A stretch of DNA of 62,974 nucleotides, counting the filler, from Licmophora abbreviata (taxonomy: Eukaryota): NCBI GenBank assembly GCA_900291995.1. It is 29 parts of 29 records of this genome, joined end to end, with 100 filler letters (N's around TTAATTAATTAA, not from the genome) between each part and the next. Parts side by side here need not be neighbours in the genome. Positions count along the whole stretch, not along the records: positions 19,993 to 22,882 come from OLMU01005557.1; positions 22,983 to 24,397 come from OLMU01005560.1; positions 24,498 to 26,998 come from OLMU01005561.1; positions 27,099 to 28,450 come from OLMU01005565.1; positions 28,551 to 31,891 come from OLMU01005566.1; positions 31,992 to 35,843 come from OLMU01005568.1; 23 more parts are not named here. One strand, written 5' to 3'. The notes beneath the pieces were generated by a model. It was not told the DNA's origin. It ran no database searches and saw nothing but the letters and a program-made list of their open reading frames with translations. Below, piece by piece: positions 22,837-35,323 of the stretch. The position numbers and the translations under genes are program-made. Positions within the stretch are counted from its first letter, which is position 1. Every line of letters starts with the position of its first letter.

Positions 22837-22982
22837 GGGTGAACAATAGCTATACGTACTGTGATGCAAGTCCAGTAGTGCANNNNNNNNNNNNNNNNNN
22901 NNNNNNNNNNNNNNNNNNNNNNNNNNTTAATTAATTAANNNNNNNNNNNNNNNNNNNNNNNNNNNNNNNNNNNNNNNNNNNN

Positions 22983-23432
22983 TCAGACGACCTCTTCCAC
23001 CGGAACTTCGTCACCAAGATTGTCAAGTACGAGAAGGTCGTCAACGTTCCCAACTCGATGACTGTCCTCCACGAGATGCTCCCCGCCTCCTTGGCCATGG
23101 CCAAGAAAGGCTTGACCGGTGTGTACAACTTCACCAACCCTGGGTGCATTTCGCATAACGAGGTTTTGGACTTGTACAAGAAGTACATTGATCCGACGTA
23201 CACGTACACTAACTTCACCTTGGAAGAGCAAGCCAAGGTCATTAAGGCGGGTCGTTCCAACAACGAGCTCGATACGACCAAGCTCATGCGTGACATGCCC
23301 AAGGGAGTTGTGATTTCAGACATCCATACCGCATATGAGCTTTCCTTCCAGCGTATGAAGAAGAATCTTGAGGAAATGGGATGGCTTCCAGACAATCTCC
23401 CAGCAGAGTTTGTTCGTCCACCAAAGAACTAG
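22983..23432 (+). CDS. NDP-4-keto-6-deoxyglucose 3,5-epimerase/4-reductase (NRS/ER, rhamnose synthesis), 3' part
   Basis: RNFVTKIVKYEKVVNVPNSMTVL, TGVYNFTNPGCISHNEVL, EEQAKVIKAGRSNNELD. Confidence 0.9.
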   Translation, partial: SDDLFHRNFVTKIVKYEKVVNVPNSMTVLHEMLPASLAMAKKGLTGVYNFTNPGCISHNEVLDLYKKYIDPTYTYTNFTLEEQAKVIKAGRSNNELDTTKLMRDMPKGVVISDIHTAYELSFQRMKKNLEEMGWLPDNLPAEFVRPPKN

Positions 23433-24049
23433 ACTTTGAACTTGCGAGGACCGCGGGCTCTTTCTTTCTCAGCAAGACTACAGGCTCCAAAGCCAACAAC
23501 TTACCATGATTAGTAACGATTCGTTCAAAAACTTTAAACTGGTAGCGCGGCTAACTAGAACAATGCAGATGAATGGTGTTTCATCCGATGCTTCCGGCAC
23601 CCCTCTCTACCAGCTCCATGTGCATATCGGAATACTCCCTCACTAGTCTGTCGTAGTCAATCTTACCAAGACCCGGCCGATGGACGGATGGCACGACCGC
23701 AACAGTCTTTCGTCTGGTCGTCTCACCAACTCAATTTATACTTTCATATATTTATATACCTTAATCGCTGAATCATGGTTATAGTAATTAAGGTATGTAT
23801 ACTATATTTCAACATCTATTTACAGCCCGAGCGCCCAACGCATTTGCTTCGATTGCTCACAATTTGTGTATCGTCAGTATCGTCGGTATTCACACAGGCT
23901 GTACTGCAATCAAGAAGTGGAAGGTCACTTGTTGGTTATCCTCTCTTTCTACTGCACCCCCCCCCCCCCACCATGCGTTGGACAGCCTCGTTTGAAAGAA
24001 AGTCAACCCTTCCCATTCGCTTATCATACTTTCAAGCACACGTCTCGAC

Positions 24050-25859
24050 ATGAAAGATAGCTTCGTCGGGCGAGAGTCTCCAAAGTTGAGTTCGTATCGG
24101 GATTTCCCTGGTGACCGCGACCCAATATCACCTGCCCGTACGGACATGACCTCCCCCACGTCCAATTCGTTCGTGACATACGATATTCCTAGTCAATCTC
24201 ATCCGCATGCAGGTCCGGCAGAATATTACACCAAGAACACGCGAGACGAGTACACAACCGCAGGCCCGCCGAGTTTAACCTGGCGACTCGACCCGGATGA
24301 GAGCCTCAGTGATTGGACATTGACTGTGGTGAGCAACGACTCCATCAACGAAGTGCTTAGTGGAGATGCTGACCATTCTCAAGCCAGTGAAAACAACNNN
24401 NNNNNNNNNNNNNNNNNNNNNNNNNNNNNNNNNNNNNNNNNTTAATTAATTAANNNNNNNNNNNNNNNNNNNNNNNNNNNNNNNNNNNNNNNNNNNNACC
24501 ATGTCTCCTCGCTCCTCGGCGCTTAGCCCGTCGTCTCTACATGCTACCCAGAAGTATTTTGTGCATCGAACACAGCTCGCTGTTGGACCCCGAAGGTGTG
24601 AGTACTTTTCAAAACTTTTTCGAGCCAAAGGCCGAAAGCCGATGAAGACTGGTAATACCCGAATCGAGCTAAGACCATCGGCAGCGCGCGCCTTCCCAAA
24701 AATGCTGGACTTTGTGTATGCTCCCTTGGGAGCCCCACCTAATGTCACCACCGACACTGCTGTCGCTCTACGACACCTGGCTACCTGCTTTGGGATCCGA
24801 GAACTCTTTGACTCAGTGACCGCGTTCATCAAGCAAGACCTCTCACCAGAGACGGCACCGACATACCTCCTGGAGGCAGATGTCTTTCAGAACGAAAAGC
24901 TGACCACATTGTCCTTGAGCGTCTGTGCTGAACATTTCGAAGCAATCAAGTTCAGTCGAATGGTGACACTAACACCAGAGCTCTTTGAGCGCGTCGTAGT
25001 ATCCCCCGAGATGCAGTGCTCCAGCGAAGTGCTTAGCGCTCGGGTTGCTGCATATTGTAGATGTCGCCCGGGGATGGTCGATTCCGACATGCTGAAGCGC
25101 CTCACGGACTCGAAAATCATGCCACGTGTTGCGGCAGAGGAATCGATCTTTTTCCTGCGATTGCTCGTAGAGATGCAAAATGATGACGACAGTATTAGCA
25201 ACGCAAGTTCGGCACTCGGTCGGACGTATGACTTGTATCGGCGATGCGTCGAAAAATCGACAGACATTGTTCGCATGGCCATAGCTAACAACAAGAGAGA
25301 TTCGACGAACTCGCGATCACCTCAAGTCAATCGACAACAGCGACAACTGATCAAGGAATACAACAGCTTACCTTCTACTATGAAAGTCGACTTGCTCGAG
25401 CATGCTCTAGGTGGAAGTCCTTCTCCGCAAGATAGGGCAGAGGTGGAGCGCGCCAGAAGTGAGGAGGAACACACCAACAGAGCCCTTGAAAAGGCAAAAG
25501 AAGTCGAACGGGAAATGAAGCAACTGTGTGACATGTATGAGACGAAATTAAAGTCATACGAATCCGCCATGGAAGCCCAAGAAGGAGAACTTCGAGCCTA
25601 CGCCAGAGAACTCTCCAAGTTCAAGCGTGTTCCAAACGATCATCGAGTAGCACCCCTCCTTTCTGAGTACACTTACAAGGAACGGCCAGAGCACGACGAA
25701 TATGGGGAAAGCGTCTTTGGTCAAGTTCCGCCATCGTCCTTACCTCAATTCGGTAGACAAATTTCTGACGGGTGGGTTATTCGCGAGGAACGGTGGACAC
25801 AAGACGGACACCACGATGATCGGTGCTGGCCGATGTACTTTTATCACGGGGACTCGTGA
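24050..25859 (+). CDS. BTB/POZ domain protein (split by spacer)
   Basis: LTWRLDPDESLSDWTLTV ... YFVHRTQLAVGPRRCEYFSKLF ... AFPKMLDFVY ... AVALRHLATCFGIREL; C-terminal coiled coil. Confidence 0.8.
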
Positions 25860-25928
25860 ACTTGTGAATCAGTTGACACTGGGGTGGTAAATCTAGTAGC
25901 TGGGATGTAGCTCTTTTCATAGGGGTTA

Positions 25929-26998
25929 TTAAACTTGATGTACTTGAGATCTCAGTCTTGCCTCATCAGACATTTGTAGCATCCCCTCATCAGGCAGAGC
26001 ATCATTCGGAAGATGTGGCTTTTTAACGCCGCCACTCGATTCTGTCTCATCACCATCTTCTCGTTGCTCTCTCTCAAAGAGTGCAATGAGAGGGAATGTA
26101 GCAACAAACTGAATTCCAGCCGTCACGCAGAAATTGAACAAAATTCCCTCATAGCCCACCAGCAGGCCGCCAATCGCAGCGCTGCCGCTCCACGAGAACA
26201 TATTCACTGATTCTAGGGCGCTCCATTTGCCTCGCTCGTGCTTCGGCACTGCGTCCATCAGCACACTCTTAGTAAGCGCCGAGGTTGCATTCATAAACGA
26301 AGTGCGACACAGATACAGTATGCATACGATCCAAATAGGCGTGTGCGATATACATGACACAATCATGGCGAGCATACAACTGACTCCGACCCACTTGAAA
26401 GCGACAGCCATGCGACAGCGCCCTATACGTTTTGCCAAGCCTTGTCCAACATGCATGAGCGTGGCCTGTCCCAATGGGGCCAGTGCATACAGGACTTGCA
26501 CGACGACCGGACTGAGCTGAAGATTGTCGAGAAAGAAGATTGGAAAGTACCGAATAGACATGCCGCTGCCTAAACCCGATGCAATGTCCGCCATTGCGAT
26601 AAGCACGGGAACCACTCGATTATCGGGTATACAGCCACAGAGCCATCGAGAGGTATCCGGGAGCCCCTCCTGTATCATGGAACTGTCAGAATCTGTTGCC
26701 AAGGTCATTTCTCGATTCGATATTTCTCGTCGATCGGAAGTAGTGTCTGCTGCATCGCCATGCGACTCGGCATAGTCATCACTGAGCCAGCACAGGAGGC
26801 AAATCCCTGGAACGCAGAGCATCTGTCCAGCACACATGACAATCGCGCAGTCTCTCACGGTCCATTGATCTCCCAGACATCCAAACAAAACCAGAGCCAC
26901 TATGGGTCCCGTCGTATTTCCAAAATTAATGAGAATGGAGCGTTTCGTAAAGTAATACGAGCGTTCTCCGTCGCGAATGGAGTCCGCAAAAAGAGCAG
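25929..26998 (-). CDS. MFS transporter, 3' part
   Basis: Multiple TM helices, LAKRIGRCR loop, SVLMDAVPKHERGKWSALES. Confidence 0.8.
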
Positions 26999-27098
26999 NN
27001 NNNNNNNNNNNNNNNNNNNNNNNNNNNNNNNNNNNNNNNNNNTTAATTAATTAANNNNNNNNNNNNNNNNNNNNNNNNNNNNNNNNNNNNNNNNNNNN

Positions 27099-27942
27099 CC
27101 TGCGTCGTACTCAGCGGACGATGTTCCACGATAGACCGAGCAATGCGTTTGGCCCTTGGTTCATCGCCGTAGATTTTGAAAAGTTGTCGCAGTTGAGTTT
27201 CTTCGAATTCATTGCAAATGTCGGCTGCTGTCATGCTACTCCCCATGTTCCCCATGCGCATGTCCAGCGGCCCATCCTTCATGAAGGCGAACCCGCGTTC
27301 TGCTGTGTCGATCTGATGAGAACTGACGCCCAAATCCAACAAAATTCCGTCCACAGACTGATCCTTAGTATCAAGGATGGGCTGTTGAGTTGTGGGATGC
27401 AAGACGGAAGGGAGTGTTTTCGCCAGATCGCAAAAGTTGGACTGAACAGGAACAAAGAGAGGAAGCAAAGAATCCCCCTGTGTGTAACGCTCGAGTCGCT
27501 TCGACGCTGTTTCGAGCGCCGCCATATCGACATCGCATCCAAACAGAATATCTTTGGGCCGGAGGCGTTTGAGTATTGCCGCAGAATGCCCACCTCCGCC
27601 GAGCGTTCCATCTACAAATATAAGTGGTTCCTCCTCTGATCTCTCCATCACCGCTCGCTGACAACCCATCAAGGCATCGACACATTCACGCCACATGACG
27701 GGTGCGTGGTACGTCGTGGCAAACGAGGAAGAATCTTCGACGTTAGTTTCTATATGATTCGGAGAGGCAGGTTCTGACGATCGCAAGACTCTTCCAGAAC
27801 GAAAAGACCGTCTCCCGACTTGATTATTCGCGAGCGCGAGCGGTCGCATCGTGGCCCCCGAGACACAGCGGTAGGCTCTCCCCGAAACGAAACAGAGCAT
27901 GCCTGACGTCGTCAACAGTAGAAGATCCAAGAGGGTATTCAT
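27099..27942 (-). CDS. rsmH: Organellar rRNA small-subunit methyltransferase H (MraW), 5' part, with a targeting presequence
   Basis: YHAPVM, VDGTLGGGGHS, DGILLDLGVSSHQID..RGFAF..DGPLDMRM, YGDEPRAKRIARSIV. Confidence 0.93.
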
Positions 27943-28241
27943 GTGCCGATGCTGAGTGGATGCTGCCTGGTGAGATCTGTGGCGTGTGGCGTTAGAGGTT
28001 ATCATCATTGTTGACAAGACTGTTGACAAAGGATTTTCGAAAAAGTTCATCCTTTACTTCGCGCGCGACACACTGAAAACCATCAAAATTACGGGTGCTG
28101 GCCAGACTGAACCAGTACAGAAAGTACGTAGACACCACCGTAAGACCGCCAGGGTGCCTGCTGCCATCAGTTTTTGAAGTTTTCAGATTGGACCATGAAG
28201 ATGACGCCGAGGAGACCATCACCGACCAGCAGATCATCACC

Positions 28242-28784
28242 ATGAGTTTGTCTCTTCGTCGAACCGACATACTGGAACTTTCGAATCTCCGCAATGATGG
28301 AAGAAAGCCGCATGAGATTCGGCGCATGCGCGTTCAAATGGGTCCTCTGGCCGTCACAGATGCGACCATCAAGAGCACTACAACGGCAACCATCTTGGGC
28401 GAGAGCAGCAACGGTAGTGCCCTTGCAGAAATGGGTCTGACGGTGGTCTTNNNNNNNNNNNNNNNNNNNNNNNNNNNNNNNNNNNNNNNNNNNNTTAATT
28501 AATTAANNNNNNNNNNNNNNNNNNNNNNNNNNNNNNNNNNNNNNNNNNNNGCGGTATACTTGCCTTGCGCCATATTGCCACAACGAGGGACTGTAGTTTT
28601 GGCACAATGTGAGGCGCGTCTACCGAACTTAGCAAGTCTGGAACGTGTCTTGGATGCCGCCATGGATGCTTGTCGCGCTGTCTTTGATATACTACAAGCG
28701 GCGATACGAGAACGAGCGTCAGCCTTGTTGGCGGCTCGAGCCGGACATGCGACCGTGGAAGATGCATTCTCAGGCAGCAGGTGA
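28242..28784 (+). CDS. RRP41: Exosome complex RNase PH-type subunit RRP41 (split by spacer)
   Basis: LRNDGRKPHEIRRM, NGSALAEMGLTVV; C-terminal VVLAQCEARL...LERVLDAAMDACRAVFDIL. Confidence 0.8.
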
Positions 28785-29340
28785 TACGAACAAATGTAAG
28801 CGGTGAGCTTCCAAGAATCCTTTCCTATAGTTCTGAGAAGAAAATTGGAGCTAGGCTTGACATGCTGGGTATGAGCGCTCTCGGGTGAACAAATGATGGA
28901 AAACAGACTTAACTTTTCATTACTTGTCCGACCATGCCTTGGGGATTGTCCTGTGGTTCTGATGTTGACTCGTTTGCGATCATACCTGGCAGCATTTCCT
29001 TGACGCGCACGCGGCCATGACGAAACTATTTCATTCTTGATGTGCATGCCGCACGTTGGAAGTTATAATCTTTGAGATCGGCAGCCGTGAATGCGCCGCT
29101 CCTTTCGAAAGTCACGAAACGGGGTTCTGCTGATTGTTGCGCTTACTGACGATTCTGTTGCTCCCTGTTGTTGTGGACTTTTACAGGGGAGGTATCCTCG
29201 ACGGCTAGAGTTTGCGGTGACACTCGTTTCGCGGTGTGCTACAGAGGGAACGATCGTCATCTTCTTTCAAATGACTACGATCTTGCCACTGTTTGTGATT
29301 TCAATAGAGTATGATTATGCGATTGCTAGTCGGAGTGGCC

Positions 29341-30090
29341 CTAGGGCAGCTGCAGACAGGAATGGGGCTTTTGATAGCTCCTGACCTTCATGTCTCCCTT
29401 CGAGAAGCTTTTGATCTGTTCTGCATGGTCGTGAATGAGATCAACACCGCATTGATCGCTTCCAATGTGCTCGACAAAGACTCCTTTGGGAATATTCTTG
29501 TAATGAAGATCCATTTTGCCAATGTTGTTGAAGAAAACCTCAAACAAGGGATCACACTGGCGAACGGGTGTTGCTAGATTCTTCATTTGGCGCACGTGGA
29601 GTCGAAGTAGAGCTGTAACATCCTCATCATTCGACCATGTTGTGCTGTTGACACCAATGTTTGTGTAGACAACTTCCCGCTTGATCGTTCCTTGCTTTCC
29701 GGCTAGGGCGAGAGCCTGAATGGTCTCCTGTACTTCTTCAGTCATGCCACCGCCGTGACCCTGGCGATGCCCTCCGCCGCCTCCTCCTCTGCCGCCGCCA
29801 TCACCACCAGCACTAGTTCGGCCCTTTCCTCCACTCCATCCTCTCAATCCACTGTAGAGACCGGTGGATCGATCCCACCAAGTCTCTTTATCGTCAGCTG
29901 ATGATTCTTGCGTGTTGGAGTCAGCTTCAAGACCGCCTCGGAGTTTGCGTTGGAAGTCCTCCAGCTGCTTTGGAGACATGAATCGACTGTGAAGTGCCAT
30001 CAAATCTTCTTCAGAGAGATATGCATGCGAGATGACAGTAGACAAAGCTGAAATTAGAAGAGAGATAGGCAAAAGGATACTGGTACGCAT
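29341..30090 (-). CDS. Secreted uncharacterised protein with a Gly-rich linker
   Basis: Signal peptide MRTSILLPISLLISALSTVISHA; 249-aa intronless ORF. Confidence 0.7.
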   Translation of the reverse strand: MRTSILLPISLLISALSTVISHAYLSEEDLMALHSRFMSPKQLEDFQRKLRGGLEADSNTQESSADDKETWWDRSTGLYSGLRGWSGGKGRTSAGGDGGGRGGGGGGHRQGHGGGMTEEVQETIQALALAGKQGTIKREVVYTNIGVNSTTWSNDEDVTALLRLHVRQMKNLATPVRQCDPLFEVFFNNIGKMDLHYKNIPKGVFVEHIGSDQCGVDLIHDHAEQIKSFSKGDMKVRSYQKPHSCLQLP

Positions 30091-30561
30091 TTGATCTGGA
30101 TTGCTTCGATGAGAAGGCCAACGAATATTTCTGATTTATGAGATCTTTGTAGCTTTCGTGACTGCAAAAAAGAGCCTTGCAAAATCCGTGGATCCTACGT
30201 GAGACATGTTCTCGTAGAGCCTGCTTGTACTTCTTGGGGTTCTAGTCGACTCAGTGAGCAATGAATGGCCTTTTTCACAACTCACTTCGGAGAATTGAGA
30301 ATTGGCATCATTCGCTCGAGGTTGCACCGAGGTTGCGTGAAAGGCGTGCTCGCCCGGCGCGCATGCTACTTACTCGTATGTTTGGGGTCTGGCCGTCGCT
30401 CTCGAATCCCACCAAGCGCGTTGCGCGTGATGGTTGCGTCATCAGGATCGAACGAAGATGGCGCTGGACGACAAGAGCGGACCTGGAAGCGAGAACAACG
30501 AGGAAGAACGGAGATACGCTTGAAAAGTGGAGACTGAAGACGGCGGTAGTAGACCAGAAAG

Positions 30562-31891
30562 ATGGCGCAGCCCTCGTTGCCCGCCCAGTCATTGCAGCAA
30601 ATGAAAGACTACCGCAGTGCTTCCAGCCACTCAGACTCGGACGATGGCCCGGATCATACCGGTATTGAAAATGGATCCGTAGGCTCGTTGGGAATCTCAT
30701 CGTCTCCCTTCCAGCCTCACAGGGCGCGTCCCGTAGAAGTGGCGCTCCTGTTTCTGTCAGCTGCAGGATGTACCATGGGATGGACCGCCCTGCTGTCGAA
30801 TCTAGTGCTCTATACAAAGAATTTTGGTCCCAATTCCTTCTTGATTCTAAATCTGTGCACCTACACTCCACTCTTACCCATGGCGATTGCACAGGCAAGA
30901 TATGACTTTGCATTTGACAGGCAGTACAGAAGCTGGGTCTCCTTCTCTTTTCGAGGACATTTCGGATTCTTCCTGACCGTCATGGCGGTGCTTCTCCTGC
31001 CATGGAGCAGTTCCAATCTGCTGTGTCTTTCATTACTTGCTATCGTACTTGGGACAGCGTCAGGGATACTTCAAGGGTCGCTCAAACAAATGGCGTCTAT
31101 TGTTTACCACTCCTGTGGGCGTCTACCCGCGGCCGTCACCTCAGGCATGCAGGCCTCTGCTGGCTTTGTCTTGCTTGTATCTGCGTTTTGTCGTGGTGAC
31201 GATATCCTTCGTTTGTATCGTGGCACGGCCCTGCTGGTGACGTGCTGTTGGATCGCTTTCTTGTTGCTCATGTCAAATAGTCGCGATGTTGTGCACGCAC
31301 TGGCGCGGCGGGATGAGTCGATGCGTTTGATGCTCCGGGAACCCTTGTTGGGAAGAATTGCGAACGCGTCATACCCTGATCTCGAGGAGGACTTACACCT
31401 TGACGTTCAGGATGGCGTATGTTGCACGGGCGACGAACTCAGCTACCGAGATCTATGGAGACGAACATGGCCTTACTGCTTTTCCTTGATGATAACCGTG
31501 GCATCTTCCATGTCAGTAGCCTCCTGTCTGAACCGAGTGCACAGTTCTGATCCTACGAACGAGTCCTTGCCAGAGGTACTCTTTTATACACGTCTCTTCG
31601 GAGATCTCCTGGGTCGCCCCGCAACGCTTTTATTGGAAGAGCCACTCTCTCCTCTGCTCATTGGGATTGTGTCTGCGCTGCGACTTTCTTTTTTACCGCT
31701 CTTCTTTATGTATGCATCGTCCAGCTCCACTATACCACGCAGCGATGCTCTCGCGTTCGTCGGGGTTGCAGGCTTTGCCTTTTCGTCTGGCTTCATCGTG
31801 ACACTGTGCTATCAGGCGGCACCGATGCGACTGGCTGACGGCGAGAAAGATGCTAGTTCTAGGCAGAATGGGTTGATCAATGTTTGCTTTA
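30562..31891 (+). CDS. Equilibrative nucleoside transporter (ENT)-like protein, 3' truncated
   Basis: About 10 TM helices, GCTMGWTALL, AVTSGMQASAG, FGDLLGR. Confidence 0.7.
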
Positions 31892-31991
31892 NNNNNNNNN
31901 NNNNNNNNNNNNNNNNNNNNNNNNNNNNNNNNNNNTTAATTAATTAANNNNNNNNNNNNNNNNNNNNNNNNNNNNNNNNNNNNNNNNNNNN

Positions 31992-33754
31992 GCATCTCCA
32001 GGTTCAGTCGTATTCTCTTGCTCTTCCTTTTTCCGCTGTATTTCGGCCATTTTGGCCTTGAGTTCCCGCAAGCGAGCCAATCGCTTCTTTTCCTGGACTT
32101 TGGGGTCGGCATCCCGCATTGCCCGACGGCGCTTCATGGCTTCCAACTTACCGCCCTCGTAGACACCATCAAAGACTATCCTGGGCAACTCCTTGACACT
32201 GAACGACTTGCACAATACATCCATCCCCGGCACAAGTGGCTGGAACTTCGACAGTTCCCATTCCCGAAAGTTGTGAAGCTGCAGTTCGACGTTGAGCTGT
32301 GTACCTCGCATACGAAGTCTGTCCACCTGATAGCCAACAAAATAGGTGGCTGAATTTTTGCGTTGCGCCAAAGTCAAAAGTGCCGACTTGTCGGCTACAC
32401 AGGCTTCCAACTTTTTCGGCCACAGCTGAATCTTGCTGAGAGGCAGGGACCGGCCTAGCATGTCAGAGACGAGCTTGCGGAAACGAGACTCGACGAAACC
32501 CGACCAGGCTTGTGCGTCCGCCTGCGACGGACCCACAATGCAGAGACTGAGATACTGGGGGTAGGCAATGAAGAAATCAGAAGGTTCAAAAAGTTGATTC
32601 CACTGCAATGGAGGTTCCTTGCTGGCAGTATGTGACTTCCAAAGCTTGTCGACAATGTCGTGTCCTCGACAAAACTCTTCGTGCATAATTTGAAGCGTCT
32701 GCCTGGAGACAGACAGAGTTGAGTTCATGGCGGGATAGGCAGGTGTAATAATGGGCGCCACCTGACGCGCATTGTGCACATGCTGAGCATTCCACACCGA
32801 TAGACCAAATCCTGCATCATGTGGCTTGGTCAACATGACTGGGTTTGGCCATCTCCAGCTCTTGAAGACCAAGAAGAACTTGCGCAAAAGAGTGGCAGGA
32901 TTAGCCTGAGGATAGAGCTGCACGACGAGAGCCACAGCGATATTGATGTTGACGCCACCCCAATAACCCATTTTGTTGGAATACAGCCCTCTTGCTTTGG
33001 CCCATTTACGAACGCAGCGAACCACGGTAAGAAAGGTTTGATAGCGTTGCGGCGTACCGGATACGAGAGCTGCAATGAGGTTGGTGACGCGGGGACCGTT
33101 AAGACTCTTTTCAGTGGCACTATCAACGCCATCCAGAACAGCATCATTGTCAATGTCAAGCGTAGGAGGGACCGATGCAGAATTGAGGCGGGCGAAGAGC
33201 AAGTCAATGTTGACTCCCTCCCAGTCAAAGGTGAGGATGGGGACGGCTGCACCTTCGACTGGGACGAAGTTGGTCACGTCCGGATGAGTCCGAATCCTCT
33301 CCGCGAGAGATTCTGGGTCTCTCAGTGCAGTTCCGTCCTCTTGCTCTTCCAAAATTGCCCCGAAAAAGTCCTGACGCGAACACATGTTTGGGGCCACAAG
33401 AATGGTATCAATATCAGCCCCGGGCTCGTGCACTCCGAGACGATAAGAGCCAGACGTGAAAAGCTGCCCCCCTGCAGCATCAATGACATCCGACGGAAGC
33501 CCCTTTCGGGCGCAAACAGATCGAATCCACTCCCTCGAGAGTACTCCCATGCGATTGAGTGCTCTCTCACGCCGCTGGATGCCATCCTTGGATTCGAGTG
33601 GAATTCCTTGAACGTATTCGCTTAGGCTTTCATTGAAACTGATTTCCACTGCAGAAGGCTCTGCTGAGTCTACAATAGGGAGAGCGGGTGACACTTCGCG
33701 TCCCCCGACCTTGGTCGACAGGACAATCGTCGTCTTCGTCGTGCTCGTTGCCAT
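31992..33754 (-). CDS. PAP: Canonical nuclear poly(A) polymerase, 3' truncated
   Basis: FTSGSYRLGVHEPGADIDT, VPILTF..IDLLFA, SLNGPRV, KWAKARGLYSNKMGYWGG, WRWPNPVML, PIITPAYPAMNST. Confidence 0.95.
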
Positions 33755-34090
33755 GGTCAGTTTGTGGTGAGAGGTGAGAGATGCTTTCGCCGGTGGTACG
33801 CCATGTGACAAGGAATCCGGAATCACATAGCACAGAAGTATAGACGCCATTAAGACGTCATGCAATTTTTTCCAGAATGACCGATTTTGAAATTTTTGGG
33901 CGACGGAAGTTTGGCCGGTGGCCGCACCCCAACTTGAAACTATCCTCAACGCCCACAAGGACGGAGTGGACCGGAACATCGCATTGTTTGTCTCTCGAAG
34001 GGAGCCGTCTGAAGCGTTGCGGAGACATCCCTTGAGTCAAGAGGCAACAGTAGAAGACTAACAGTCCAATCCTCTGCTCCCTTCTGCAAA

Positions 34091-35188
34091 ATGGCGATTC
34101 CAGCGAGTCTTGAGGTGCCGCTGGCCGTGGTTGCCTACTCGATATGCTCCGGTACTCTCGTGCTCGTCAACAAGCTCATTCTTCATTTGCTTCCGTATCC
34201 TAGTCTAGTCATTACTGTGCAGCTCTGGGCTGCGCTTGCCTTCATCTTTACTGCAAAATACCTTCGTTGGCTGCCGGTCGATCCCATTCGATGGAAATTC
34301 GTCGTCCCCTACCTCGCCTACACCATTGCCTTCTCCCTCGGCGTATACTGCAACATGAAGTCCCTCTCGGTATCCAACGTTGAAACCGTCATTGTCTTTC
34401 GCGCCATGGCACCGCTCTTTGTCAGCTTCCTAGACTACATATTCTTGGGAAGAGAGCTGCCTTCCGCGCGCAGCTGGCTCGCACTCTCCTTGATTATTCT
34501 CGGTGCCTACGGGTATGCCTCCACCGACGTGGCCTTCCAAACGCAAGGCTGGAATGCATACTTTTGGCCTGTTCTGTACCTCATGATTATCAGCTTTGAA
34601 ATGGCGTATGGAAAGAAGATCGTCAAGAGTGTCGATCTCAAAACGAGGAGTGGGCCTGTCTTGTATACGAACTTACTCGGCTGGCCGCCCATGTTGCTCT
34701 TTGCGGAAATGGGAGGAGAGTTTACACGATTCCGTGATAACTATTGGCTTCAAGACGATGCTCGGTTCCCATCAGGAAGTTTTCCTTTGCTGTTCCTGGG
34801 GTGCGTCGTAGGCACTGGAATCGGATACAGCAGCTGGTACTGCCGAGGCAAGGTCAGCGCCACCAGCTTTACGTTGATCGGAGTCATGAACAAATGTCTA
34901 ACGGTACTGCTGAATCTGGTGGTATGGGACCAGCATGCAGCTCCGGCAGGCATTGCGAGTCTCTTTCTCTGCCTCGTTGGAGGGTCCATCTACAAGCAGG
35001 CGCCTATGCGACAGGTCATGACGAAACCTTCTCTCCGCGCCGTTGTCTCAACGGGTGATGACGCATGGGATTCTGACGTGAAAAGCATGGGAGAAAAGTC
35101 GGCAGATGACGAAATGGAAATGCTGCTGCATCCCGGGCCTTTGGATACACCCGACCGAATCAGTCACCGAAGAGGGTCGCAGCCATGA
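34091..35188 (+). CDS. GDP-sugar (GDP-mannose/fucose) nucleotide-sugar transporter
   Basis: LVLVNK, SNVETVIVFR, SATSFTLIGVMNKCLT (GxLNK-type GDP-sugar motif); multi-TM. Confidence 0.85.
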   Translation: MAIPASLEVPLAVVAYSICSGTLVLVNKLILHLLPYPSLVITVQLWAALAFIFTAKYLRWLPVDPIRWKFVVPYLAYTIAFSLGVYCNMKSLSVSNVETVIVFRAMAPLFVSFLDYIFLGRELPSARSWLALSLIILGAYGYASTDVAFQTQGWNAYFWPVLYLMIISFEMAYGKKIVKSVDLKTRSGPVLYTNLLGWPPMLLFAEMGGEFTRFRDNYWLQDDARFPSGSFPLLFLGCVVGTGIGYSSWYCRGKVSATSFTLIGVMNKCLTVLLNLVVWDQHAAPAGIASLFLCLVGGSIYKQAPMRQVMTKPSLRAVVSTGDDAWDSDVKSMGEKSADDEMEMLLHPGPLDTPDRISHRRGSQP

Positions 35189-35323
35189 AGGGGTGGAACA
35201 CACACTAGTAATACGACGTACAGCCACACGATGTGTGCGCGAAGGAATTCGACGATCGTAGTCTACATGAAACCTGTACACCTATTTTTCTTTTAGAGGA
35301 AGCTCACCCACCAAAGTAGCTCG

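Noticed and set aside
32819..33625. Long antisense ORFs (also 21805-22470, 48294-48896, 49610-50284, 52328-52972)
   Set aside because: Shadows of well-supported genes on the opposite strand, with no motifs of their own.
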